From Balanoglossus misakiensis (lineage: Eukaryota > Animalia > Hemichordata), in the NCBI GenBank assembly GCA_040954595.2, contig CM082580.2, positions 4,454,783-4,518,782 on the forward strand: a DNA stretch of 64,000 nt, written 5' to 3'. Each line of letters opens with the position of its first letter. Within the stretch, counting starts at the first letter, position 1. The position numbers were made by a program, and so were the translations under genes. The notes below the pieces were generated by a model. It was not told the origin of the DNA, did not search any database, and worked only from the letters and a program-made list of their open reading frames with translations. Below, piece by piece: positions 1-12,300 of the stretch.

Positions 1-311
1 CAACTCTTGCAGGGTACTTTATTTAATCCACTTGTCAAATTATGTTTCAAAAGAACCAGAATGTCTCCCGTTAGTCGATTATGCGTTTTGTTTCACGCTA
101 TCATTAAAGAGGAGGTTCTTCTCTGTATAGAATTTATGCAAATTAGGTACCTACGTTATGACTGTATAACCACATAATTGCCTTGGAAATTAATTACTTG
201 AATTAGAACAGTATATACCGAGGCAGTAAACGCTATTTTTAAATGAAGGGAAAATTGGCATAATAATGTCAGAGTGACTTTAACTTAGAACCCTGAACAT
301 TTTTGATGCAG

Positions 312-3300
312 ATAGAAACAACTGTAGTGATGGCAACATAACACTGTGTAACACGATGAATTCAGCTGGGTGTGCTTGCTGTGCCGGCTACCGGGCAAAA
401 GACAATATGTGCGAAGGTACGGATGACAGTTTACCTAATGGCTCTGTCCATTTTTTGAAATATTTACATGTATGAACATTTGACTTTTAATCAAGATGAA
501 TAACAGTCTGCCTTCAAATCCTATTTAATTTAATGAGGAACCTTTGTGCCATTGTTGCCCCTGTCTGAACATGCTGTCTTTGCCAGCAGAGAGCTAGACA
601 ATGTTTTTTCAGGATTTTGTGGTTGACGAATGTTGGATAAAAAGGAACAAATGTAAAGTTGGTTACTGCATGCGAAGGTCAGAAGCGCACCAATAAGAAG
701 TAACTTTTAACTTACAATCTTAACTTGGTTTGACTTACAGACATAGACGAATGTGAACTAATTGAAATCAATTCCACTTGTGATCACGCATGCGTGAACA
801 CCCCTGGTTCATTCTACTGTGCCTGCAATGATGGGTATCATTTACTTCGTGATGGCAAGACATGCACACGTAAGTAATTTCTTAAATTGTCTGCACAAAT
901 ATATTGAACTTAAAGGGACAAAGTCTCTCTCTCGCTGCCCTTTTTCTCATTTAGTATGTTTGATGTAAGACACTGTTTATGTTATACTACATATGGATAT
1001 ATAGTGAATCAACGTTCGACCACACACAACTTCCATCCCACCTGTAGACACGACAGTGAAAAATTCGCCAAAATGAATAATCGGTCTCAACTGTTCATTC
1101 TACTCTTATATCCTATAGACATAACATTAATGCCGTTTTGGGCACAGGCATCTGCAGATAAGTTGGGGTTTTAACATTGTAATTAAGATAGAGGTTTCCT
1201 TTCAGAAACATTACTGAATTCATCACTCTTTGAACCTTATGTTGAGTCTATCGCTGGATTTACCCTTGCAGGAACCTCAAAGTTGGTACTGTTTGAAGAT
1301 GGGAAAACCTATTATGACGCAATTTTATCATGTGAAAGTATTGGTATGACTTTAATGAAAATCCGAAATTGGCGAGATTGGCGAGACGCAGCAGATATCG
1401 TTATGGATCGACCTATTCGCATACTGTGGATTGACGGAAGAGTTTCTGACTATGCAACTAAAGAGGTTCAATCCAGCGATGGAACGATATCACAATTTGG
1501 AGCATTTTATTTGGGGGAGCCGAGTGGAAATGGTCCTTGCATCCAAATGTTTAAGTATGAAGTGTTTGTATTACATGTAATACTGGTTTGATTGTGAGGT
1601 GCGTGTGTTCCAGGAAGGTAGTTGCCCTCAATTTACATGTGCCCTTACATAGTTAACGGGTGTCGCAACGTCTTTCATTGACCATGCAGTGAAGCACCTT
1701 TTTATCTGGCTTCCAAAGCGATATGTGTATTATGGGCTACATCCCCCAGCTAGATTTCCCAAGGAAATTTAGCACTGCATGTGTGTGAGGCGTATTACTA
1801 TAACAGTTCATATCTGTGGTAGAGAGTTACCAAACGAAAAGTTGACAATAGTTAGTATTAATGATGTGCCTTGAAACTATGACGTTTCAGGATAAACACG
1901 ACTTTATATATATGGGATGACGATTGGTGTGATACAAAGAAGCCATACGTTTGCGAGCAGAAACCAGGTAATACCATGTTTACAAAACATATGCAGCGGT
2001 AGTCTTTAAATTCTAATGGCAATGCCATTTGTTATCACATACACAAGCCACATTGTTATTTCTAAACAAAAAACTCTGTACTTCATGTTTTTGTCGGTCC
2101 ACGTCTCGACATAAAGTAGCAATGTCACCACAACAGTACTCCTGGAGATTTAGATTTTGAGCTCTCAGATTAAAGGCCCATGAGCTGAAACTTTTGTGAA
2201 ATTATCATGAAATCAATTTTCAAAGTGTACTCATATTAGCCCATATATGCCCGTAAAAAAGCATACGCCCACACATATGTGAAGAGTTCACGGCTTACAT
2301 TCATTTTCATTACAGATGATTGTAAGGTTCCAGTGGTCCGTGTCGGTTGTAGCAATATTTGTAAACACAAGCTGGGTTATCTAATATGCCCATGTATCAC
2401 AAAGGAGTACCAGTACATTGGAAAAGACCAAAGTGTCAGACGCTGCGCTGGTCAGTGAAATGTTGCTTTATTGTCACATTTGTTTGAAAAAGAACTGGTG
2501 TCTAGTGCATATGGACGTATTAGCTTTGGCTCTTTGGTGAAGATTTGTAGTCATTGTTTGTAAACATAAAGTTCTTTGCAAGACCTGCTAGATGTTTATG
2601 TCGCCTAAAAATTAGTAAAAAGCACATCAGTAATATTATTATTATTTCTTCCTATAGGAGTGGAAGATTGTGTGACTCCAAATGGTAGAATTAACAAATG
2701 TGACGAGGTTTGCACCAGACAAGTGGACAATATCTACTCAAGTTCAGCTTTATCAAATGCGTGCATTGGTAATATTGACCTGTAGCATGCATGATAACTA
2801 CATATTTACGTCCACTATAAAGAGCCACAACATTCTTAGGCAAATTTATTATACCCACCCACTGATGTGCATTGACACGGACATGATACCTGTATGCATC
2901 ATTATGACGTCCATTTACATCATTATGACGCCAGTACGTTTACTTTGTGATTATGTCTAATGTGTAAACCTAACTAGAAGCAAGTTAGAGAAAGCCTGTC
3001 TCTATTCGTGGTGGATATCATCCTTAGAGAATTTTCTCTGGAAGTCCTAATCCCACGATTCCAACAACAAAGGATCACCCCAGAAGTAGTAACGTCACAC
3101 CCTCACACACCTTTCTATAATTTGTGTGCTTCCACCTGCAGTATTCAACGACGCCTGCAGTGGCGATGAAACCCTTTACCTGTCGGAGGCTGACATAGGT
3201 CTTATAAGCTATAGACCTGGCAAACAACAGCTCTGTACTTGGACAGTAATTGTACCAAAAGGTGGGTTCATTTATGAATGGTTGACCACTTGATATTATT

Positions 3301-6300
3301 CAAATCAGTGGGCCCATTTGTTGTTCATCGATAATGTTGCTGCAGACTTTAACTATTATTCTCTTTTGTTTAACAATAAAATTGAGTCAACTTACCAGGA
3401 GACCATTGAAAATGCAGGAATAAAACGATTTGTAAAAAGACTTAATTGCATTAAATTAGTTCAACTTACTCACGAAAAGCTACACGTTGTTGACCTTTTG
3501 GCATTGACATTTTCACCCCAGTGTAACAAATGTAGTACTAATTAAGGTACTTGTTAACGATCACAATTTCTGAGCCATCTATAACTGTTGACACTGGCTA
3601 AATCACGTGGCTAGTAAAGACTTTTCTTTTCACAGGAATGACAATTACACTGATCATTCATTATTACAACCGTGTTGGCGACTGCATACCTTCATGTACT
3701 ATTGACTATCTGGAGATAAATGACAAAGATGACAGCGATGACGACCAGCTTGCTCTTATCTGTGGAGATGAGGAAACTTTTCCAGAGGTGACTACGTTTG
3801 TTTTGCCATTATAATTGCTAATCATCAATGATCGCGAACATTTTCTGTCTTAAAGAAAATGTTGTATGTCGTATGAATTACTCACAATAATTGTACATCA
3901 CTTGAAGCAATATCAGCAAAGCGAGGAATCTTTGGGAATTGCAGACATGATCAATGATTGGTATGGCTAAATACGCGACCAGAATTAATCTCTTAATTGT
4001 GTTAGCGTTCGACTACTTTGGAAATCTCACCATCACTAGATAGCAGATCCTATATTAGATGGCATTGACTTGTGAGCTACCATATCTATATGGAATTTTG
4101 CAACATATTTGTTTACGTGTTCCCAGAAAATACAATATTGCTCTCCTACATCTGGAACTAGTACAAACGCCAATTAGACTAAACCAAGTGTTTACTAATC
4201 ATACTTCCTGTAACTCTACATGACAACGCAGAAAATGGCCATCTCGTTGGCATGACAACATTCAGTCGCGTCCAATGAACTGCGAATAAATGTTTAAAAA
4301 GAATCTATGTTGTGATTGATGTATTCACTGTCACATTTCACATCTTTAGGTTGTATACAGTGCTAGCGAAACCATGGTTATCAAGTTTACCAAACATGAT
4401 GTTTATTTGCTCAGCCTTTTTCAACTTGTTGTGTTGCCAACAGGTAGGTGAATACTTTGCAAACGTATATAAGCAAACTTGACATTAAGTAATTAAGTAT
4501 AGTAACTCGTGCTTATGCTGTACTTAGAAGAGTTCCGCAGCGTCTGTTTGTACCAAGTGTACTTCAGATGTTTAGTAAAGTCTATCAATATCTTATTTCT
4601 ATCATTTTATTCCTGTTATACAGACATACTCAACTGTCCAGAATCTATTGGCGAGAGCAACCTCAAATATGGAAATGCCACAGAGCTAGATCGACCGATG
4701 GTCATTATCGACACAACGATGAAATTACCATGTGCCGGGAAAGTAAAACAATGGCGAATTAATATTAATCAAGGAGAAGGGAACAACAGTGTTCTTTACC
4801 CCGGAATTTATCGCCGTAATCAAATAACTGGGTTCGCGTTAGTTGGTCAAAATGAGATATTGGTACCAAATGGGCAGAGCGGAATGATGGAGTTTGACAT
4901 ATCTGTAGACGAACGTCTTTCCTTTCAGCCTGGCGATTTCATTGGTAAGAGAAATCGTTTTTTTTTTTCAGTGTGTGGGTTTTTGACGTTAGAGTTCTGC
5001 TTGTGACATGGCACAATTTGGCGTCTGTTTGTAATGTTTCCAACATTCGTTTAGCTCTTAGTGCTTTCTCCCTAAAATACAGCTCCCTGCTGTTACAGTA
5101 GAAAATACACTTGTGCTAAACTTCTAAATTTTACATAATTCCCTAAACCCTAAACTTAAAATTAGTAAATTTAGTGATGATTCAATATATAATTATTAAA
5201 AAAAAATATTCCGAGTTATCATACGTTTGATTACAAAATGTCACACATATATATTAAAGTAGATTTTTTTCTGATCAATGATTGACATTCTTTATTGTTT
5301 ATAGGTATATATTACCCGAAAAAAGGTCACCTTCAAATGCGCGAAGGTTGCTACGCCTGCTCCATATGCGAAAGCAGGAACCTTTTAATGTCATCGACAT
5401 CAGATGAAGTTCTTGTCGGGCAAACGTTTTCTGCTGAGATCCTGCCAGGCGCATACAGAATTCCAATACAGGCAGTACTGCAAACATGTACGTAGATGAT
5501 GCCTTATGAAGTTTCAAAGATATACAATATTACCTTGGGGTGACTTACAACGGTGTTTTGTCGCATAATATGACAGAACTTCATGACCTCTGCGCGCGAT
5601 CTGTGCAGTATGGTTATTATTTTCATGAGTGAGAAGGTGTATTCTTCCGAGTATTTTTACGAGCGACAGCGAGTAAAAATACGGAAGAATACACCTTATC
5701 ACGAGTGAAAATAATATCCATACTGCACAGATCGCGCGCAGAGGTCATGAAGTTCTGTTATTATTGCATATGTTTCCCCAGATTTGACGAAAATCAAAGT
5801 TTCGATCGCGGCGTATTGATTTTCATTACAGTGATGCGCCAAAGGCTATGCAACCCAGAGATGGCCGCTCATTGGACAAAATGACGCAACCTTTGTTATG
5901 CAAAGTAGGGTCAAGTCGGTCCTTTCATCGGTGATTCAACTGAGGTCGCGAGATTGCAGCGGTAAATTTTGAAAATACTGGCGATAACGAGAGTTTTTTC
6001 GTAATTTTCGAGGTTCCAAAACACACTGACAACTAAATGTTCTGTTATTCTGACGATAGTTGGGAAGGATAATAAAAGAACATGCCAGAATGTTGAAAAA
6101 TCCGCATGTTTCGGCGATCATGTTGGCTCATTTCATCGGTGGTTTAGCTCAGGTCGCAAGATAGCATCGGCAATATTTGAGAAACTGGCGATAGCGAGGG
6201 ATATTCCGAGGTTCCCAAACATACTGCCAATTAATGTTTTGTTATTCTGACAAAATTTGGGAAGGATAAGACAATGGCGTCTCCGAATGTTGAAAATTCC

Positions 6301-9300
6301 CCACGTTTCGGCGATCATACTCCAGCTCTGCCGACGGCGTTCAATGTTTACAAACAAATGTAGTCCGGCTTGTTTTTACTCATTTGCATATGGGTTGTGA
6401 AAAATACCACTTTGTCATGCGCCCAACTAAAACAACAATCGGCTTTTTTGCGACTGAAATAAAACTTTTGTTATATCCTCCGGAGGTTTATATGAACTCC
6501 AAGTGATTGTGTAACAGAACGAGGGTTAAACTTTGAAAGATATGATCGATTGAAGGGGAAATGGGGGATCTTATTCTTCTGGATGCTCATTTGCATATGA
6601 GCTCGCAAAAATACCAGAATTATTATTGCACGGCCCGCTTGGAATACTGTAGTACATATGCAATAATGTTTGTGTCATAACGATATTGTAAATGTGCTCC
6701 CAAGTGTGAAATAAAATAAAGATTATATTCTACCCGAAGAAAATAAGGAGGGCAGATAAGTAATCTAATTAATGCAAAATATTTGATTTTCAGATTGCAT
6801 TTCTGAAGAATGTTCGGGTTGTGGAAGCAAAGCCACGTTCACTGAATTGGAGGGTACCTTTTACACGTCAAACTTTGTAACAGGCGATACCAAATTTGAC
6901 GCAAATAGCTATTGCAAATGGATAATAATGGCGTCAGAAGGTTCGTATATTCATGTGGAGTTCGACTCTTTTGATGTGCCTGGCAGGGAATCCGAAGACC
7001 AACTTAGATGTTCAAGCTATGTTGCCCTGTACAACGACACAGAGCCCGATGAACGCAAACTAATGGCGAAGTTCTGCGGTTCAAACCCTCCATTAATTTC
7101 TTCGTTGTCAAATGTCATTACTGTGACATTCTCTTCTGACGGTGGCGTAACTGGTAGAGGGTTTACTGCACATTATTACACAACAGGTAAGACTTTAATG
7201 TTCGTTGGAAGGGCAAAAAAAAGATTATTTTGCTTGAATTAACAGGAAACCAATGCAGTATATTCTGACAAGTCTTTCACTAACACACAGGAAGTAACTT
7301 TCTGTTAGTTGCACAATTCTCTGTATTTTAAATGCAAATTAATATCCACAAGGTAGCACAAGCGCCAATTGATGGAGAGGAAGATATTGATTAGTTTTGC
7401 TTAATTCAATGTGTTTTTCAACACAACAAATGTTTGGAAATATTGCGTGTCATAGCTCAATTCACTCCCGCGCCCAAAGACAATTATATAATGGCATATG
7501 TTATTACCTGGAGATAAAAGTAGTATAAGTGATGTGAATACCCAAGTGACAATGCCTGTCATTTACATCTATAAATATATACACTGTAGGTGTCATTTTA
7601 AGTATACAACTTAAGTAATACAAGTGGGATTTATAAGTAACAACCAATACGTATAATCTAAATGAACAATGAAAGCAATAGTTTAATTTGTATCTGGTGT
7701 CATATGCGAGTTATAGCCGCAGCTGCAAACCGGACTAGTGTCACCCTTTGATCAATGTAAATGTCAGGGTACGGTTTAGTATGGGTACAAGTTTACCTTC
7801 ATCAAATCCCTGCGTGTGGACACATACATGTAGCGACCGCATTAGATTACTAGTTCATCCAAATGTTGCTTATTTACAGATTGTCCAGGTCATGGGATGG
7901 GATTTTCGACATGGGATGACCACTTCATTCTAGATACCAAATGTGGATACTTCCAATCGATCGGATACCCGCACCCTAACCCGCCTGATTCCAAGTGCAG
8001 TTGGACTATTCGGGTCTCAGAGCGTGAAGTGATCGAGATAACATTCCTGCACTTTAGTGTTGGTCCAAATTGTGTTAATAATTACCTGAAGGTTTACAAC
8101 TCAGAAACTCCATCTGAAGCATTCCTTTACGGCACCTTTTGTGAAAACAAACATCCGGGCCACATTAAATCGACAGGCTCCGTCATGTACCTGGAGTTTG
8201 CTGGGTTACAATCTGGAGATGGCGCCGGCTTCCTTGCAAAGTATATCGCTGTGCCTTACAATAGGAACATACGCATTAACATGACTCTAAATGCAGGTAA
8301 GTACATATTTACAGTACTGGTATATTGTAAAAATGAGACATTATGCAAAGCGTTCATGTCAGTATATTAGAAAACAGCAAATTGCCAACATTTAGTTCTC
8401 GTCATTGTTGAAGCTTGTAGAGGAATTGGGAGTGAAAGAATAAAGACTCTACAACCATAAATCTTCAATGTCCTTCTATACAGACTACAGATGTCCAGAC
8501 GGAGACTGGGACGGGTTCCGCAGAGATTGCTACAAGTTCCACTCAGAGCAAGGCACGTTGACATGGATCGAGGCTGAAAGAAGGTGTGCCGAAGAGGACG
8601 CTCACCTAGTTAGCATATTGGATGCAGACGAATCTGAATTCATCACCCACGCATTAGCCAGAATGTGGTGGCATGGTGATACCACTTTCTACATCGGTAT
8701 ACAATTTTTCTTTCAGTTCTAATTATCTTATCGTTCATGCTGTATGTAATGGCTTCATTTGGTTGTTACTGGAACACTGGCTTTTACACTGAAATCTTAT
8801 CTACATAGGTTTACAGCTCCAGGCAGAAGAAAACATTCATCGATGGATTGATGGGAATCCGATGAGTTACACCGACTGGTATGTTTCTAAAACATATGTT
8901 TATTGAGGATGGGTGGATGGCTCACTAAATTGACTAACTAACACATTTACAGTAATATGTGCGACTGGCTTAGTATCAAGACTTGTTTGCAGTCGTGAAC
9001 AAACGGAGCTACAATTGGGCGCACCCAAATCTTTCCTCTGTTAGTAACCTTCACTTAGGTAAATTGATCAAACACCAACATGAACTGGTATAACATTGTG
9101 AAAAGCCTATGGCCTTTGTGAAGAAATCTTACTTGGTAACCATAACAGTGACATTGATATCCGATGTTACTGTAGAAATTGTGTCTGCCAATGTCTTGCC
9201 TTTCTAAGTGATGTCCTAAACGATTTGTATTTGCAGGGCGAGAGGGGAAACACGGGACGAAAATGACCAGCCTGATGGTTCCAGATTTGAGCTGTGCTCT

Positions 9301-12300
9301 GTCATCATTATGTCAAACGTACACCACACAAAACACTGGCATGACATACAATGTGCCGTGGATTATGTAAAACAGTTTGCCTGTAAACAGCCAGCAATCT
9401 ACATAGGCGATCAAAAAGATGAGAAGTATGATGGGGTCGTCCAGTTCGGTAAGTGGAGCAGTTTTGAAATGGTTCATGATTTTTAATTACGAGGAAGCTT
9501 GGCATTTGTATTTAAGTACAAGCATCATATGATATAAAGTGCGATAGGCTGTTGGGTCTACAGAATATCATAAATTATATGTGTCAACCAATAGTCCGAG
9601 TACATGTACAGTTTTCATATCTTGTCAAAAATAATGTATGCATTCATGTTCTAGGGTGTGAAGATTTATCTTGGGGAAGCTACGGAGACTTCTGTTTTAA
9701 ACCAGTACTTGCAAACAGTGGAGACATTTGTACCATTAACAGAATGCCGTCATTCCCACACCTTTCCTCACACATGGACATAGCATTCCTCACATATTAT
9801 CTAAGGTACATATGGGACATCAGAACAGATGGATTTGTGTTGCTACAGAGGAACATCACGTATGACATTACTGACGACATTACATGGTCCGATGCATGTG
9901 GGCATTTGTTAACTTGTGAGATCAGACAGGGGAATACGTCTTGGTCATCGAATGCCACTGATTTTGAAACATGTCTGGTTATTGGAGCACCAAATTGGAG
10001 CTTGAGTTACCAAAACTGCAGTAGTCCTATGATTGAATATGACCTTTGCCGACGCCAAGCATTGGGTAAGATGTGCTCTAAATGTTAACAGAGTTAGTCA
10101 TCAAATTGAACATGTAATGCTTATTCAGCAATGTTGGAATAATCTGAGCACATAATTATGCGAATAATCATGCAAGGACAAAAAATCCTGGTTGATAATG
10201 AACAATCGCTGAATTGTTGAATATTGTTACCTTTTTTTTATATTTTAAAAAGTGCATTTTGTTGTAAAACATTATGTGTAAACGTTATGTACACTTATAT
10301 CATATTCATAGGAATACAAATGGAGTGTGGTGACAATAACTTCAGATGTAATGATAGTGTGTGCATCCACGAAGTGTATTTATGTGATGGCATAGTGGAC
10401 TGTTTGGACGGATCTGATGAAGAAAACTGTGGTAAGTTACACTCTGGCTGACTCTTCCACATGTTCATCGTGCAACTGTGCAAAATCACAGCAAATTCCA
10501 AAATAATTGTAACAAACTAAGTGTGCCATAACATCTTTTTTGCTTGTTTTTTTCTTCCTTCAGAAATGAGTGGAATTTGTCCGACCAACACCTTTGAGTG
10601 TTCCAATGGAAACTGCGTCTCAATGACCTTCTATTGTGACTTCATTGACCACTGTGGTGATAACAGTGACGAGGAACATTGCGGTAGTTATCATAAAATT
10701 CTACACTTGCTATTTCTGCTTAAGTTCGCATATGCAAATTCAAACTTGAAATAAACCAATCAACTGAGCCTTCTTTATATTTAAAGACATAAATAAGTTA
10801 AAGAGTGAACAATTATTGCTAAGTTGCATATTTTCATACATTTGTCAGAACATGGCAGTTCAATTAGGGTCAGATCTCCCAAAATTTACGACTTGGACTA
10901 TAGAAATACTGTCATCATATCCCAGACTCAGTAACGACCAACAACATTACTTTTATAATTTACAACCTTCCTTCATTGATCTTTATTATTTATAGGAAAT
11001 ATTCTCCATCAGAACTAAACTGTCATTGGCATTATGCTCTTTTTATAGTTTATCCAAACTGTACATCGGGCGAATTCATGTGCGATAACGGACAGTGTGT
11101 TAGTAAGAACAAGCGGTGTGACTTACTTCCGGATTGTATTGATGGCTCTGATGAAAACGAATGTGGTAAGGCTTATTCTATAAAAGCTTTTTATGATCTA
11201 CTGTCCATGCCACACTCTCTCTCACCATTGACCCTGTTCCAATAGATTTTCTTCTTTGCTAACTGAACAGTTGGATTATACCATAGTGTATGTTATTAAC
11301 TTGCAAAACCATACCATTTTTTTGTTCACTTGTTGACCAAAGATCTGTTGCTGTCACTCCCTGTGAATTCCATTGTTCCATCTGTATGCAAGAAATAAAC
11401 CAATATGCCGGTTATGAATATGTGCAAATTTCAGAACAAGTAAATGTACAGTCACAAAATGTATTACATGTTCTAAATGGACAAATGCATCTAATAGTGG
11501 TTCATGAAATAATTATATATATCTGCAAAGTCTATTATAGCTGTCTTGCAATATTTTTTCAAACAACACATTGGACAAAAAACTGTTTAGTGGGTTATCT
11601 GCTTTGGGCGACAAAGTCAGGCTGATTTTAAGCACTAATGATATGTGCAAACTTGTTCTTCAAACAGGTGTTTGTAATGGCTTTCAGTGTTACTATGGCG
11701 TGTGTTTACCGAGCAACGCATACTGTGATGGAATGAAGGACTGTGTTGGCAACGAGCGTGAAGATGAAGTTGGGTGTAATCCCACAGTTGAGGATGTGAC
11801 CGAGGATGGCGCTCTCTCCAGTAGACTGCGTGACTATCCGGAATGTCGTGTTGGTGAATTTGAATGTGAAAATGGTCATTGCATTAACCGAACACTGATG
11901 TGTATTTACGACTTTGACCTGTTCGGATACCAAATCGGATGCCGTGATGTCTCTCATCTTGTTCATTGTGGTGCGTGTCTTATAAATGTTTTCTACTATT
12001 ACACCCCTAGAGAAACACCTTTTTGTAATATTAGTTACAAAATTATGAATTATTTCACTTGAAAGAAAAGATGGTGCCATTTGAAAATGCATTTCCAACA
12101 AAACCATTGGAAAAGATATGAAACAGTCAGTAGTGATTCTAGTCAATCATGTGAAATGTCGGACACCATGTGGTGAAATATTGTCACAGTAGTACATGCA
12201 TAAAATGTAGAAAATTTATGTATGGGATGATAAAAACCCTGGTTTGATTGACAAGATGTTACATGATTGATATAATTTCCTCACAGACCAGTTCACCTGT

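Noticed and set aside
613-655. Possible small EGF-like exon (cag|gattttgtggttgacgaatgt)
   Set aside because: Length differs by 7 nt between copies, and the flanking exons already join in frame.
11706-12146. 146-aa antisense ORF present in both copies (also 43797-44237) and similar shadow ORFs
   Set aside because: These are the reverse complement of LDLa exons and introns; conservation only reflects the recent duplication.
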